From Rickettsiales bacterium (lineage in GTDB: Bacteria > Pseudomonadota > Alphaproteobacteria > Methylaequorales > Methylaequoraceae): a DNA stretch of 64,000 nucleotides. This document shows positions 37,283 to 49,220 of this stretch, one piece after another (the stretch's first letter is position 1; each line of letters begins with the position of its first letter). The notes beneath the pieces are model-generated. The model was not told the origin of the DNA and made no database searches. It worked only from the letters and a program-made list of their open reading frames with translations. The DNA lies in contig NZHE01000024.1 in the NCBI GenBank assembly GCA_002691145.1, forward strand, positions 8,094 to 72,093, written 5' to 3'. The position numbers and the translations under genes were made by a program.

Positions 37283-38203
37283 ATGAAACAATATAATAAG
37301 TTTTTAATAATTAAATTTTTTTTGATTTACATAATTTTTCTTTTCGTTTCCGGTTGCGCAACAAAAAATGATGAATTAAGTATCGAAAATATAAATGATC
37401 CTTATGAAGGGCTAAACAGATCAGTTTTTAGTTTTAATAATAATCTTGATGAGTATATTTTTAAACCAGTAGCAAGAGGTTGGAAAACCTTACCCGATTT
37501 TCCAAGGGAAAATTTAGCAAACCTCGCTGAAACTGCCGAAAGTCCTCTTGATATTGCAAACGCGATTCTCCAATTTGATATTGAGGGTGTGAGAATTACA
37601 TTAAGTAGATTTATCATAAATCTAACGCTTGGGCTTGGTGGAATGTATGATGTTGCAAGCAGCGACATGTTTGAAATTGAAAAAAGAAATGAAGATTTTG
37701 GTCAAACACTAGCAATTTGGGGGTTACCAGAAGGCCCCTATACAATGCTTCCTATATTCGGACCGTCAAATATTAGAGATGCAGTCGGTAGAGGTGTTGA
37801 CACTATATTTAACCCATTAACCTTTGTTTTCAGGATGAATAATTTTGGTTTTGAAACCAGATTACCACAACCGGTAGTAAGCGGAGCTGATCAACGTGCA
37901 AAATACCTAGGGTACGTTGACGATATTGAAAGCACATCCCTAGATTTTTATGCAACAATGCGAAGCTTATATAGACAAAAAAGACAACAAGATATTAATA
38001 ACGGAAACGTAGAAAAAAAAAAAATAAATTTTAGTATGCCAGATTACGGAGACATCCCTTCATATGAAGATAGTCTGGAAATAATGATTCCTTTCTCTAA
38101 TCAAGAGAATTTAGAAAATATCCAAAAATATCCAAAAAAGGCTGTCCCATCATCTAATTATCCTGATTACAATGAACCCAACACTAAATTGTTAACTAAT
38201 TGA
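37283..38203 (+). CDS. mlaA: phospholipid-binding lipoprotein MlaA (VacJ)
   Basis: Lipobox 'LFVSGC'; 'DPYEGLNRSVFSFNNNLDEYIFKPVARGW' and 'RFIINLTLGLGGMYDVAS' MlaA/VacJ motifs. Confidence 0.8.
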   Translation: MKQYNKFLIIKFFLIYIIFLFVSGCATKNDELSIENINDPYEGLNRSVFSFNNNLDEYIFKPVARGWKTLPDFPRENLANLAETAESPLDIANAILQFDIEGVRITLSRFIINLTLGLGGMYDVASSDMFEIEKRNEDFGQTLAIWGLPEGPYTMLPIFGPSNIRDAVGRGVDTIFNPLTFVFRMNNFGFETRLPQPVVSGADQRAKYLGYVDDIESTSLDFYATMRSLYRQKRQQDINNGNVEKKKINFSMPDYGDIPSYEDSLEIMIPFSNQENLENIQKYPKKAVPSSNYPDYNEPNTKLLTN

Positions 38204-38204
38204 T

Positions 38205-38798
38205 ATGTTGAAAACAATAAGTTTTTTTTTCATTATTTGTTTATTACCATTTTCATTAAGCTCAAATGATAATATTAAAAAAAGCAGACTATTTATTGAG
38301 GAACTTGGACAGCAGGTACTTAAAGATGTAGCTAACTCAAGTATATCAGACTTACAAAGGGAAAAAAATTTCACTAAACTTTATAATAGGGCATTTGATA
38401 ATACTTATATTTCAAGGTTTGTTCTTGGAAGATATTGGTCAAAAATCGATAAGAAAACTCAAGAAGAATTTACTAAGTCCTTTCAAACGTATTTAGTTAA
38501 AGTGTACGCCCCTAAGTTCAAAGGTTGGGTGGGTGAATTTAAAACAACAAATTCTAAATTTTCAAATAATATGTATATTGTAAATATGAATCTTGTATCA
38601 AAAAACATTTCATCTTTATCACTTGATTGGAGATTGTACATCTCAAAAAATAACATTTTTAAGATCTTAGACGTAAATATTGACGGTGTTAGCATGTTAG
38701 TTACACAAAGAGCGGAATTTGCTTCAGTTATAAAAAATCATCCTAGAGGTGTTTTAGGCTTGATTGAACAAATGAAAAAAAAAATAGTATCCTCGTAA
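38205..38798 (+). CDS. mlaC: phospholipid transport periplasmic protein MlaC (Ttg2D family)
   Basis: Signal peptide plus 'FDNTYISRFVLGRYWSKIDKKTQEEFTKSFQTYLVKVYA...LDVNIDGVSMLVTQRAEF', the Tgt2/MlaC pattern; immediately follows mlaA. Confidence 0.7.
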   Translation: MLKTISFFFIICLLPFSLSSNDNIKKSRLFIEELGQQVLKDVANSSISDLQREKNFTKLYNRAFDNTYISRFVLGRYWSKIDKKTQEEFTKSFQTYLVKVYAPKFKGWVGEFKTTNSKFSNNMYIVNMNLVSKNISSLSLDWRLYISKNNIFKILDVNIDGVSMLVTQRAEFASVIKNHPRGVLGLIEQMKKKIVSS

Positions 38799-38812
38799 AT
38801 ATATTTATTCAA

Positions 38813-38888
38813 TGGTAGGCCCGGTAGGACTCGAACCTACGACAACACCGTTATGAGCGGTGCGTTCTAACCAACTGAACTACGGGCC
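38813..38888 (-). tRNA. tRNA-Met (anticodon CAU; could alternatively be the lysidine-modified tRNA-Ile2)
   Basis: Reverse complement gives 'GGCCCGTAGTTCAGTTGGTTAGAACGCACCGCTCATAACGGTGTTGTCGTAGGTTCGAGTCCTACCGGGCCTACCA'. Cloverleaf with a 7-bp acceptor stem, anticodon loop 'CTCATAA', TPsiC 'GGTTCGAGTCC' and an encoded CCA. Confidence 0.8.
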
Positions 38889-38994
38889 TAATATATTTAT
38901 TTTTTATATTTAACAATTAATAAATATTTTAGCAAAAAAAAACTTAGCTTAAAATAAGTAATTGTTAATTATAAGTTTTGAAAAAAAAATATAT

Positions 38995-40929
38995 TTAATT
39001 ATCAAGGAAACTTCTGAGCTTTCTGGACCTGCTCGGATGCTTTAGTTTTCTTAAACCTTTAGCTTCAATTTGCCTTATTCTTTCTCTAGTAACTGAAAAT
39101 TGCTGTCCTACTTCTTCAAGAGTATGATCAGTATTCATACCAATTCCAAACCTCATTCTTAAAACCCTTTCCTCTCTAGGAGTTAATGTAGATAAAACAT
39201 TAGTCGTAGCCTCGCGAAGATTATTTTGAATCGCTGCATCTAAGGGAAGTTTAATATTTTTGTCTTCAATGAAATCACCAAGATGACTGTCGTCTTCATC
39301 ACCGACAGGAGTTTCTAAACTTATTGGCTCTTTTGCTATTTTCAGGACTTTCCTAACTTTCTCTAATGGCATACCAAGTCTGCTGGCTAGCTCTTCAGGT
39401 TGAGGCTCGACACCATTTTCATTTAATAACTGCCTGGAAACTCTAACAAGCTTACTGATTGTCTCTATCATATGAACTGGAATTCTGATAGTTCTAGCTT
39501 GGTCAGCAATAGATCTTGTAATTGCTTGTCTAATCCACCAGGTTGCATAGGTAGAAAATTTATACCCTCTCCTATATTCGAATTTATCAACAGCTTTCAT
39601 TAAACCAATATTTCCTTCCTGTATTAAATCTAAAAACTGAAGTCCTCTATTTGTGTATTTTTTTGCTATAGAAATTACAAGCCTTAAGTTAGCTTCTATC
39701 ATTTCTTTTTTAGCACAATTAGATTCTTTAACACCTTTACTAACTGATTTTGAAACGTCTTTAATTTCTTCGATGCTCATTAATGTGTTTTCGCTAATTG
39801 CGTGAATGGAGTCAAAGAGTTGGGAAACTTCATCCTTTTTACTAAATTGAACCCAATTCTTTTTCTTTCTTCTAGACAAGTTTTTAAGCCAAGATTTATT
39901 TAGAATATTACACGCAAATTCATTATTAAATTCATCATCTTTTATCCTTAATTTTTTAGCAATGTTAAGTAACTTGATTTGTGATATAGAAATTCTTTTA
40001 CTATACTGTGATAATTGTTCGACTATTTCGTCAATTCTAGTTTGATTGATGTAGAGGGTCTGAATTTTCTCTGAAACAATCTTCTTTAATTTTTGATATT
40101 TTCCAAAGACTTTCTTATCCAACTTTTTATTAGTAAACATTGATTCAACGTATTTTTTTTGAAGAGTTTTGAGTTCTCTAAATTTTTTTGAGAATTTTTC
40201 AAGTTTGTCAGAAATAATAGGTCTAAGATTTTCCTCTTTTTCTAAGATGGAAAGCTCAGACACTTCTTCAGAATTCTCATCATCTGAATCAGAAGTAAAA
40301 TCAGAGTCTTCATCTATTTCATTTTCAACATTATGTTCAAAAATTTCTTTGTTTTCTTTTGTATTTTCATTAATGAATACTGGCTCCTCATCATCACCAC
40401 TTATTGATCTATATGTTGAATCCAAATCTATTAAATCTCTTAATGGTCTCTGATCTTTTGAGTATGATGCAAAAAAATTATCTATGTATTGCATAGAAAT
40501 AAAACAGCTAGAAAAGGCTTCTATAGTTGTTTTTTTACCCTCTTCGATTCTTTTTGCGATCTTGATTTCACCTTCTCTAGAAAGTAGTTCAACATTTCCC
40601 ATCTCTTTAAGATACATCCTGACAGGATCGTCAGTTTTTCCAGGATCTTCTTCTTTATATCCAGAAGACATTAGTTTAGTTTCATCATCATTCTCAATTT
40701 CATCATCTATTTCGTGAATCTGGATTCCTAAAGAGGAAATTTTTGACTGAAATTCTTCAATTGTCTCAGATGACTCTTTAGCAAGTAGCCTCTCAATCTC
40801 AGTTAAGCCCAAAAAACCTTTTCTTTTACCTTTAGCTAAAAGCTTTTTCATTAATTCATTTGATTGATCTATTATAGGTTGCTCAATAATAGACTTTCTT
40901 ATTAACTTCTTATTTTTGTTTTCTGCCAT
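38995..40929 (-). CDS. rpoD: RNA polymerase primary sigma factor sigma-70
   Basis: Region 2.4/3/4 motifs '[28 protein letters not shown]' and '[27 protein letters not shown]'; acidic region-1 linker. Confidence 0.9.
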   Translation of the reverse strand: MAENKNKKLIRKSIIEQPIIDQSNELMKKLLAKGKRKGFLGLTEIERLLAKESSETIEEFQSKISSLGIQIHEIDDEIENDDETKLMSSGYKEEDPGKTDDPVRMYLKEMGNVELLSREGEIKIAKRIEEGKKTTIEAFSSCFISMQYIDNFFASYSKDQRPLRDLIDLDSTYRSISGDDEEPVFINENTKENKEIFEHNVENEIDEDSDFTSDSDDENSEEVSELSILEKEENLRPIISDKLEKFSKKFRELKTLQKKYVESMFTNKKLDKKVFGKYQKLKKIVSEKIQTLYINQTRIDEIVEQLSQYSKRISISQIKLLNIAKKLRIKDDEFNNEFACNILNKSWLKNLSRRKKKNWVQFSKKDEVSQLFDSIHAISENTLMSIEEIKDVSKSVSKGVKESNCAKKEMIEANLRLVISIAKKYTNRGLQFLDLIQEGNIGLMKAVDKFEYRRGYKFSTYATWWIRQAITRSIADQARTIRIPVHMIETISKLVRVSRQLLNENGVEPQPEELASRLGMPLEKVRKVLKIAKEPISLETPVGDEDDSHLGDFIEDKNIKLPLDAAIQNNLREATTNVLSTLTPREERVLRMRFGIGMNTDHTLEEVGQQFSVTRERIRQIEAKGLRKLKHPSRSRKLRSFLDN

Positions 40930-41030
40930 TTATAATTTAAAGTTAGGAGTTATCTTAAAGATATTGGTAATCCAATAAAAAAAACAATGTAATTATTAAA
41001 CTCTAAATTATTAACGTAATATGAACATTT

Positions 41031-42791
41031 TTAAATTTCTCGTTTTTTAATGGAATTAATTTCTTTATTTAGTTTATGGTACTTCTTTAACAAAAAAGGC
41101 ATATCAATATTTTTTATATTTTCTATCATTTCTTTTTTTAATAAATCTCTCTCTGCAATTAAAGCGGGTAACTGCAGATTTTTAAGAATATTCTTAACTA
41201 ATTCTTTTTTTTCATTATTATTTAGATCTTTAAAATGATCTAACTTTACTTTTTCGAACAATTTTTTTTGTTCTGAAAAATAGTCTAAAAAATGATTTGT
41301 TAATTCAAAATCTTTTAAGTCCTGACTATTAATAATTTTTTTTATGATTATTTCCTTTTTCTCTTGAAGCTTTAAGTCTTTAAATTTCAAAGAAGCAATA
41401 TCTTCTAAAGAGTCTAACATTATTTTGGAGTTAAATATTAAAATCGAAATCAAAATAATTTCATTTATATCTTTAATCTCATTAAAATTTTTTAACTTTG
41501 TTGTATCATTTTTTTTATAAAAATTAGTATTATCAACATTCCTAAAAAAATCATTTTTCTTTTTTTTTAAAAACCTGTAATATTCGCTCGCAACATTTCT
41601 ATCCTCAATCTTATTACAAATAATTTTAATATCTTTATCAATCAAAGCAATATTTTCTGGCGTAAATATTTCATGTTTATTTTTAATTTCCTCCCAGATG
41701 AATTCTGATAGGGGGATTGAGCCTTCCAGTAGTCTACAAAATGATTCTTTTCCAAAACTTTTAATGTAATCGTCAGGATCAGTATTATCAGGTAAATTAA
41801 TAAATTTTATTGATTTGCCTGGTTTTAATATTTTTAAAACTCTTCCTGTGAGATTTTTCATCGCTTTTCTTCCCGCTTCATCTCCGTCAAAACAAACTAT
41901 TGGGGTATTTAAATGGTTCCATAACTTTAAAATTTGATTTTCAGAAACAGCTGTTCCAAGCGCCGCAACAGAGGTTGTAATTTCATTTGAATCAAGAGAA
42001 ATAACATCAAGATAACCCTCAACTAAAATGACTTGATTCTCTGCTTTTATATTATTCAAATTCTGAGTCATCCCATATAAACCATCCCCTTTTTTAAAAA
42101 TTTCATTTTCTTGGGAATTTATATACTTTATCTTAGAGTTATTCGTTGTTCTTCCTCCAAATCCAATAATTTCTTTTAAATTATTGTAAATTGGAAAAGT
42201 AATTCTGTTTCCAAACCTATTAAACAAGGAATTATCTTTTGATGATTTAATTAAAATTCCTACTTCAAGCAGATCTTCTGCAAAATAACCATATTGCTCA
42301 CAATATTTTTTTAAGGGCTCAATTCTAGACATACAAAAACCAATGGAAAATTTTTGTATTGAACTCTTTTTTATTTTCCTATCTTCTAAATATTGAAGAA
42401 TAATTTTGTTGTTTGATAAAGAATCTTTAAAAAAGTCATTGATAACTTTATTTATTTCGATAATTTTTTTTTTATTATTATCTTTAGCGAACGAATTATT
42501 TTCGGTCATTGGTATGCCTACATAATCACAAATAAATTTTAAACTCTCTTTCGCAGTAAGATTTTTATACTTTGAAACAAAGTTAAATACATTTCCCCCT
42601 TCTCCACAACCAAAACAATAATAAAGACCCTTATCATCACTTACAGTGAAAGAGGGAGTTTTTTCTTTATGGAATGGACAAATGGCAATATGTGAATTGC
42701 CTCGATTTTTTAATTCCAAGAATTGACTTAAGAATTCAGATAATTTTGCTTTGTTATTAAAATGATTAATAATTTCTTCAGCTGATGTCAT
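41031..42791 (-). CDS. dnaG: DNA primase
   Basis: CHC2 zinc finger 'ICPFHKEKTPSF...YYCFGCGEGG' and TOPRIM 'ILVEGYLDVIS' / 'CFDGDEAG'. Confidence 0.9.
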   Translation of the reverse strand: MTSAEEIINHFNNKAKLSEFLSQFLELKNRGNSHIAICPFHKEKTPSFTVSDDKGLYYCFGCGEGGNVFNFVSKYKNLTAKESLKFICDYVGIPMTENNSFAKDNNKKKIIEINKVINDFFKDSLSNNKIILQYLEDRKIKKSSIQKFSIGFCMSRIEPLKKYCEQYGYFAEDLLEVGILIKSSKDNSLFNRFGNRITFPIYNNLKEIIGFGGRTTNNSKIKYINSQENEIFKKGDGLYGMTQNLNNIKAENQVILVEGYLDVISLDSNEITTSVAALGTAVSENQILKLWNHLNTPIVCFDGDEAGRKAMKNLTGRVLKILKPGKSIKFINLPDNTDPDDYIKSFGKESFCRLLEGSIPLSEFIWEEIKNKHEIFTPENIALIDKDIKIICNKIEDRNVASEYYRFLKKKKNDFFRNVDNTNFYKKNDTTKLKNFNEIKDINEIILISILIFNSKIMLDSLEDIASLKFKDLKLQEKKEIIIKKIINSQDLKDFELTNHFLDYFSEQKKLFEKVKLDHFKDLNNNEKKELVKNILKNLQLPALIAERDLLKKEMIENIKNIDMPFLLKKYHKLNKEINSIKKREI

Positions 42792-43255
42792 TGCTTAGAC
42801 AATTTTTCTTTTGCAAGAATGGCAACCTTTTTTAGATCTAATTGTCCAGGATATTTATCTTTCAAGATATTTATTAGTTTTCCGAGATCCTTTATGCCAG
42901 TTGCATCAATCTCAATACATAATTCTTTGATTATTTCATTTAATTCTTTTTCACCTATCTGTTTTGGCAAGAAAGTTTCAATAATTTCAATTTCTTTTTG
43001 CTCTCTTTCTTTTAAATCAATTCTATTTGCTTCTTGATAGATTTTTACACTTTCTTTTCTTTGTTTAACCATATTTTGTAAAAGATTTAAAATTTCTGAA
43101 TCAGAAATATGATTTTCTTCATTCTTTGAACGATACTCTATGTCTCTATCTTTTACTGCTGCTAGGATAAGTCTAGTCGTAGATATTGCAATATCATCTT
43201 GTTTTTTAATATTAAAATCTAGAAAATTTTTAAATTTTTCTCTTAAGTCACTCAT
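42788..43255 (-). CDS. GatB/YqeY domain protein
   Basis: 155 aa; 'LILAAVKDRDIE' ... 'LKKVAILAKEKL' YqeY-like helical pattern; canonical position upstream of dnaG in the macromolecular-synthesis operon. Confidence 0.6.
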   Translation of the reverse strand: MSDLREKFKNFLDFNIKKQDDIAISTTRLILAAVKDRDIEYRSKNEENHISDSEILNLLQNMVKQRKESVKIYQEANRIDLKEREQKEIEIIETFLPKQIGEKELNEIIKELCIEIDATGIKDLGKLINILKDKYPGQLDLKKVAILAKEKLSKQ

Positions 43256-43359
43256 AAATTTCTCATAATAACTATTTTTTTATTACACTTTAAAAAAAAT
43301 TAATCAAGTTTTTATAATTTGAAAAACTGCACTTGAATTTTATTAAAATGAATGTTTAA

Positions 43360-44538
43360 TTGAAATGTTTAATGAAAAAAAAAAATTCAATAAAATTAAA
43401 AAGAAATGCAGTTCTAATTTTAGAGAATGGTGGAACTTTTTACGGCTATGGTTTTGGACTTCAAGGAACCACTGTAGGTGAAATTTGCTTTAATACTTCA
43501 ATCACTGGTTACCAAGAAATTTTAACAGATCCCTCTTATATGGATCAAATAATAACGTTTACTTTTCCTCATATTGGAATTGTTGGTACAAATAAATATG
43601 ACAATGAAAGTGAAAAAATTTATTCTTCAGGTTGTGTGGTAAATAATTCTATAACGCCTGCCTCTAATTTCAGATCAGAGATTTTTTTTGATCTATGGAT
43701 GAAAAAAAATAAAAAAACTTGTATTTCTGGAATAGACACAAGAAGTTTAACAAAAATTATAAGAAACGAAGGGGCATTAAAAAGTTTAATTCATTATTCG
43801 GATGATGCTAAATTTAATTTAAAGAAACTAAAATTGCAGCTTAAAAAATTTCCATCCATGAAGTCTCAGGATTTAGCTAAAAAAATATCAACAAAAAAAA
43901 TCTATAAATGGTCCAAAAATGTTAAAAAAACAGTTAATGATATTTCACAACTAAGAAATAAAAAGTTTATAGCAGTAATTGATTTCGGAATTAAGAAAAA
44001 TATTCTAAATCTTTTAGAAAAAAATAATGTTGATATTTTAGTTTTTCCTCTGAATTACGATTTTGAAATAATCTTGAAGCTTAATCCAATTGGAATTTTT
44101 TTATCGAATGGACCAGGTGATCCGAAAGCGACATATTTAAAAATTAGAAATAGCCTTTCAAAAATTACAAATAAAAAAATCCCAATATTTGGTATTTGTT
44201 TAGGTCATCAAATTTTAGCTCTTGCATTAGGAGCTCAAACTGAAAAAATGCATCACGGCCATAGAGGAGCTAATCATCCGATCAAATCAATTAATACTCA
44301 AAGAGTTGAAATTACAGTACAAAATCATGGTTTTGTTGTAAGTAATAAAAATCTTCCTAATAAAATAGTCGTGACACATAGGTCTCTTTTTGATGGTACA
44401 ATTGCTGGAATAAAGTGTAAAAATAAACCTTTTTTTTCTGTGCAGTTTCATCCTGAAGCATCTCCAGGACCACATGATAGCAAGTACTTATTTGATAATT
44501 TCAATGAAGAAGTAAAAAAATATGCCCAAAAGAGATGA
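43360..44538 (+). CDS. carA: carbamoyl-phosphate synthase small (glutamine amidotransferase) subunit
   Basis: '[15 protein letters not shown]' N-domain and class-I GATase '[17 protein letters not shown]' with catalytic Cys and '[10 protein letters not shown]'. Confidence 0.85.
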   Translation: MKCLMKKKNSIKLKRNAVLILENGGTFYGYGFGLQGTTVGEICFNTSITGYQEILTDPSYMDQIITFTFPHIGIVGTNKYDNESEKIYSSGCVVNNSITPASNFRSEIFFDLWMKKNKKTCISGIDTRSLTKIIRNEGALKSLIHYSDDAKFNLKKLKLQLKKFPSMKSQDLAKKISTKKIYKWSKNVKKTVNDISQLRNKKFIAVIDFGIKKNILNLLEKNNVDILVFPLNYDFEIILKLNPIGIFLSNGPGDPKATYLKIRNSLSKITNKKIPIFGICLGHQILALALGAQTEKMHHGHRGANHPIKSINTQRVEITVQNHGFVVSNKNLPNKIVVTHRSLFDGTIAGIKCKNKPFFSVQFHPEASPGPHDSKYLFDNFNEEVKKYAQKR

Positions 44539-47500
44539 TTTAAATTCAATTTTAATTATTGGTGCGGGACCTATAATTATAGGACAAGCATGTGAATTTG
44601 ATTATTCAGGAGCTCAAGCATGTAAGGCTCTTAAAGAAGAGGGTTTAAAAGTTATACTTGTGAATAGTAACCCAGCCACTATTATGACTGATCCAGACAT
44701 GGCTGATTCCACATATATTGAACCAATAACAGTCGAATCTATTGAAAAAATAATAAAAAAGGAAAAACCAGATGCTTTACTCTCAACTATGGGAGGACAA
44801 ACCGCACTGAATATATCAATTGAACTGGAAGAAAAACAAATCTTAGCAAAATACAATGTTGAATTAATAGGCGCTACAAAAGAAGTTATAGAAAAGGCTG
44901 AGAACAGGCAACTATTTAAAAAGTCAATGAGAAAAATTGGTTTAGAAACACCGAGAGGAACAATAGTTAAAAATATTTCTCAAGGATTACATGCATTAAA
45001 GAAAATTAGTTTTCCAATAATACTTAGACCTTCTTTTACACTTGGAGGAGCAGGTGGAGGAGTCGCAAAAAATAAAAAAAAATTTATAGAAATTTTAAAT
45101 AAGGGCTTGTCACTGTCTCCAATCAATGAAGTATTAATTGAAGAATCTGTTATTGGTTGGAAAGAGTATGAAATGGAAGTAGTAAGAGATAAAAATGATA
45201 ACTGTATAATTGTTTGCTCTATTGAAAACATCGATCCTATGGGAGTTCATACCGGTGATTCTGCTACGGTTGCTCCAGCTCTGACCTTAACAGATAAAGA
45301 ATATCAAAAAATGAGAATTGATTCTATAAATGTGTTAAAGGAAATAGGAGTAGAAACTGGGGGCTCTAATGTACAGTTTGCTATAAATCCAAAAACAGGT
45401 AAAAATATAGTTATTGAAATGAATCCTAGAGTATCTAGATCATCTGCACTAGCATCAAAAGCAACAGGATTTCCAATTGCTAGAGTTGCCGCTAAGTTGG
45501 CTATTGGATATACTTTAGATGAGTTAAGAAATGATATAACTGAAGTTATTCCAGCTTCATTTGAACCTACAATAGATTACATTGTAACAAAAATTCCAAG
45601 GTTTACTTTTGAAAAATTTAATCAGACAGATGCAATTCTTGGTACAGCAATGAAATCTATAGGGGAGTGTATGTCGATAGGAAGGAATTTCAAAGAATCT
45701 TTTCAAAAAGCAATAAGAAGTCTTGAAATTGGTTTTTGCGGTTTTGAAGTTCCAAAAGAGTTTAAAAAGAATAAACAAGATTTACTTAAATTATTGAAGA
45801 AAGAAATTCCCTACAAATTTTTATTAATTGCAGAGTGTTTAAGAAAAAAAATTACTGTCAAGGAAATATGCAAAATTACAAATTATGATGAATGGTTTGT
45901 TCAACAATTTTTTGAAATAATTCAATTAGAAGAAGAAATTATAAATCAAAACATAGATTTTGAAACTTACAAACATTGTAAAGAGAATGGCTTCTCAGAC
46001 AAACGAATTTCTCAGTTAAGTAATACTACTCTAAACAGTATTGAAAATTTAAAAAAAAGTAATAAATTCCATATTTGTTTTAAAACAATTGACACCTGTT
46101 CAGCTGAGTTTCCTTCAAAAACACCATATATGTATTCTTCTTTTTCTAACGTAGATTCATCGCCTCAATTTGAGAATGAAACTCAAATAAGCAAAAGAAA
46201 AAAAGTTATAATCTTGGGAGGAGGTCCGAACAGAATTGGACAAGGTATTGAATTTGACTATTGTTGTGTTCATGCTGCTTTTGCGCTTAAAGAGTTAAAC
46301 ATTGAGTCTATTATGATTAATTGTAATCCTGAGACTGTCTCTACTGATTTTGATATTTCTGATAGACTTTATTTTGAGCCACTTGATCATGAATCTGTAA
46401 TATCGATCTGTAATGCTGAAAACAGTAAAGGTAAATTACTTGGTGTCATTGTTCAACTTGGTGGTCAAACACCTTTAAAACTTTCGAAAGCTCTAGTCAA
46501 AAACAATATAAAAATATTAGGAACTTCATTCAATTCTATAGACTTAGCTGAAAATAGAGAAAAATTTAAGTCATTAATAAATGAGCTATCTCTTAATCAG
46601 CCAGAAAATTATATAGTGAATAGTTATAAAGAAGCAAAAAAAATTATTAATAAAATTAAGTTTCCTGTAGTAATTAGACCCTCTTACGTTTTAGGAGGAA
46701 GGGCTATGAAAATCGTATACAACTCTGGTGAGCTAGAAAGTTATTTTTTCTCAGAGAATGTGGAATCTACATCAAATATATTAATTGATAAATTTTTAAA
46801 TGATGCAAAAGAAATCGATGTTGACGCTTTATCAGACGGAAAGGATGTATATATAGCAGGAATTCTTGAGCACATTGAGGAGGCTGGCATTCATTCAGGC
46901 GATTCTGCCTGTTCGCTACCTCCGCAAAATATAGATCACAATATCATTAAAGAAATAAAACTTATTACGACAAGAATCGCAAAGAAATTAAAAATCAAAG
47001 GTCTTATTAATATTCAATTTGCGGTCAAGGATAATTCAATTTTTTTAATTGAAGTTAATCCTAGAGCTAGCAGAACAGTTCCATTCATTGCTAAAGCAAA
47101 AGGTATTCCCATAGCTAAAATTGCAACCAAACTAATGGCAGGTATTAAATTAAAAAAGTTTAAATTAATTGATAAATCCACAGAATATGTAAGTGTAAAA
47201 GAATCAGTATTTCCTTTTGATAGATTCCCTGATGAAGACACAATTTTAGGACCTGAAATGAAATCTACAGGAGAGGTTATGGGAATTGACAAAAATTTTC
47301 CAATGGCTTTCGTTAAATCCCAAATTGCGTCTGGAAATAGACTTCCAAAGAGCGGAAATGTTTTTATATCCGTTAAAGATAACGATAAAGAGAATATAAT
47401 TTTAATGTCGCAGATGCTTAGTAAATTAGGTTTTAAACTTTTTGGAACTTCTGGAACAGCAAATTTCCTAAGAAAATACTGTATTGAAATTCAAACTGTG

Positions 47501-47746
47501 AATAAAGTAAGACAGGGTCATCCTCATATTGTTGATTTGATTAATGATAAAAAAATAAGTTTAATTTTTAATACAACTCAAGATCCTAAGTCTGTAAAGG
47601 ACAGCCATTCTATAAGAATTTCTGCTATTAAAAATAAAATACCTTATTTTACAACTATTTCAGCAGCAAAACTTGCTATTTCAGGAATCAATGTAATGCT
47701 TAATCAACCTCTTGATGTTAAGTCACTCCATGAATATTATAAATAA
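44522..47746 (+). CDS. carB: carbamoyl-phosphate synthase large subunit
   Basis: Duplicated ATP-grasp halves ('[24 protein letters not shown]' and '[24 protein letters not shown]') and a C-terminal MGS-like domain; start overlaps the carA end. Confidence 0.9.
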   Translation: MPKRDDLNSILIIGAGPIIIGQACEFDYSGAQACKALKEEGLKVILVNSNPATIMTDPDMADSTYIEPITVESIEKIIKKEKPDALLSTMGGQTALNISIELEEKQILAKYNVELIGATKEVIEKAENRQLFKKSMRKIGLETPRGTIVKNISQGLHALKKISFPIILRPSFTLGGAGGGVAKNKKKFIEILNKGLSLSPINEVLIEESVIGWKEYEMEVVRDKNDNCIIVCSIENIDPMGVHTGDSATVAPALTLTDKEYQKMRIDSINVLKEIGVETGGSNVQFAINPKTGKNIVIEMNPRVSRSSALASKATGFPIARVAAKLAIGYTLDELRNDITEVIPASFEPTIDYIVTKIPRFTFEKFNQTDAILGTAMKSIGECMSIGRNFKESFQKAIRSLEIGFCGFEVPKEFKKNKQDLLKLLKKEIPYKFLLIAECLRKKITVKEICKITNYDEWFVQQFFEIIQLEEEIINQNIDFETYKHCKENGFSDKRISQLSNTTLNSIENLKKSNKFHICFKTIDTCSAEFPSKTPYMYSSFSNVDSSPQFENETQISKRKKVIILGGGPNRIGQGIEFDYCCVHAAFALKELNIESIMINCNPETVSTDFDISDRLYFEPLDHESVISICNAENSKGKLLGVIVQLGGQTPLKLSKALVKNNIKILGTSFNSIDLAENREKFKSLINELSLNQPENYIVNSYKEAKKIINKIKFPVVIRPSYVLGGRAMKIVYNSGELESYFFSENVESTSNILIDKFLNDAKEIDVDALSDGKDVYIAGILEHIEEAGIHSGDSACSLPPQNIDHNIIKEIKLITTRIAKKLKIKGLINIQFAVKDNSIFLIEVNPRASRTVPFIAKAKGIPIAKIATKLMAGIKLKKFKLIDKSTEYVSVKESVFPFDRFPDEDTILGPEMKSTGEVMGIDKNFPMAFVKSQIASGNRLPKSGNVFISVKDNDKENIILMSQMLSKLGFKLFGTSGTANFLRKYCIEIQTVNKVRQGHPHIVDLINDKKISLIFNTTQDPKSVKDSHSIRISAIKNKIPYFTTISAAKLAISGINVMLNQPLDVKSLHEYYK

Positions 47747-47804
47747 TAGAAATATCAATTTTTTTTTACTATAATAAAAATTTAAATAATTTTGGAATTA
47801 GATT

Positions 47805-48281
47805 ATGACAGAAAAGTATCCCATGACTCCTGATGGTTATAAAAAATTAAAATCTGAGCTAGAAAATCTTAAGATTATTCAAAGGCCCAATATTATTAAA
47901 GCGATTGCTGAAGCAAGAGAGCATGGGGATCTGTCTGAAAATGCTGAATATCATGCGGCTAGAGAAAAACAAAGTTTCATCGAGGGTAAAATTGGAGACC
48001 TAGAATCAAAAATTAGCAGAGCTCATGTCATTGAACTAGATAAACTTGACAGTTCAAAAGTAATTTTTGGCGCTACTGTTGAGCTGATTGAATTAGAAAG
48101 TGAAAAAGTCTTATCCTATAAAATTGTTGGGGTTGATGAGGCAGATATAGAAAAAAAGATGATTTCAGTTAATGCCCCATTATGCAAAGCAATGATTAAT
48201 AAGAAAATTAATGATTATATCGAAGTGCAAACTCCTAACGGAGTGAAGGAATATCAAATTATGTCAATAAAATTTATTTAA
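47805..48281 (+). CDS. greA: transcription elongation factor GreA
   Basis: 'PMTPDGYKKLKSELENLK' and 'EAREHGDLSENAEYHAAREKQSFIEGKI' coiled-coil fingertip with the acidic DxxE. Confidence 0.9.
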   Translation: MTEKYPMTPDGYKKLKSELENLKIIQRPNIIKAIAEAREHGDLSENAEYHAAREKQSFIEGKIGDLESKISRAHVIELDKLDSSKVIFGATVELIELESEKVLSYKIVGVDEADIEKKMISVNAPLCKAMINKKINDYIEVQTPNGVKEYQIMSIKFI

Positions 48282-49220
48282 ATGTCTGATATTCAAAATG
48301 TTACAATAATTGGTTCAGGTCCTGCAGGATATACAGCAGCAATTTATGCAGCTCGCTCAGGATTGTCTCCCCTACTCCTAACTGGCCTTGAACCAGGAGG
48401 GCAATTAATGATCACTAATGATGTTGAAAATTTTCCTGGTTTTGAAAAACCAGTTGAAGGGCCATGGTTGATGGATCAGATGAAAAAACAAGCGCAATCA
48501 GTTGGCACGATCATAGATTATGATAGAGTAACAAATTTAGTTTTAAAAAAATATCCATATGAAGCTCACACAGAAAAAGGAAGAATTATAAAAACTTACA
48601 GTATTATAATTTCAACTGGTGCAAAGGCTAAATGGTTAGGAATACCAGGCGAAGAAAAGTTTACTGGGTTTGGTGTGTCAGCTTGCGCAACATGTGATGG
48701 TTTTTTTTATAAAAATAGAAATGTTGCAGTAATTGGTGGAGGAAATACTGCGCTTGAAGAGGCTATATTTTTGTCAAATATATGTAAAAAAGTAACAATA
48801 ATTCACAGAAGAGATAAGTTTAGAGCAGAGAAAATTTTACAAGACAGATTATTTAAAAAAAAAAATATAGAGGTTATTTGGAACTCAAATGTGATTGCAA
48901 TTGATGGTGAAGATTCACCAAAAATACTGAAAAAAATTAAAGTCTTGAGGGAAAAAAAGGAAAGTTATATTGAACTAGACGGTCTTTTTGTTGCTATTGG
49001 TCATAGTCCTGCAACTGAAATTTTTCGGGACCTATTACCAATGGACTCAGAGGGATATATTTTTACAGAAAACAACTCTACAAAAACAAAAGTAAAGGGA
49101 GTCTTTGCTGCTGGTGACGTGACAGACAAAATATACAGACAAGCTGTTACGGCTGCGGGCATGGGTTGTATGAGTGCGATTGAAGCAGAAAATTATCTCA
49201 ATGAAATCAATGTTATTTAG
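48282..49220 (+). CDS. trxB: thioredoxin-disulfide reductase
   Basis: 'VTIIGSGPAGYTAAIYAAR' FAD motif, redox-active 'CATCDG' and NADPH 'VAVIGGGNTALEEA'. Confidence 0.85.
   Translation: MSDIQNVTIIGSGPAGYTAAIYAARSGLSPLLLTGLEPGGQLMITNDVENFPGFEKPVEGPWLMDQMKKQAQSVGTIIDYDRVTNLVLKKYPYEAHTEKGRIIKTYSIIISTGAKAKWLGIPGEEKFTGFGVSACATCDGFFYKNRNVAVIGGGNTALEEAIFLSNICKKVTIIHRRDKFRAEKILQDRLFKKKNIEVIWNSNVIAIDGEDSPKILKKIKVLREKKESYIELDGLFVAIGHSPATEIFRDLLPMDSEGYIFTENNSTKTKVKGVFAAGDVTDKIYRQAVTAAGMGCMSAIEAENYLNEINVI

Noticed and set aside
38799-38994. tRNA-Met as a possible integration site for a genomic island
   Set aside because: Both flanks are core genes (mlaC on one side, rpoD on the other), with no integrase, direct repeat of the tRNA 3' end, or compositional shift.
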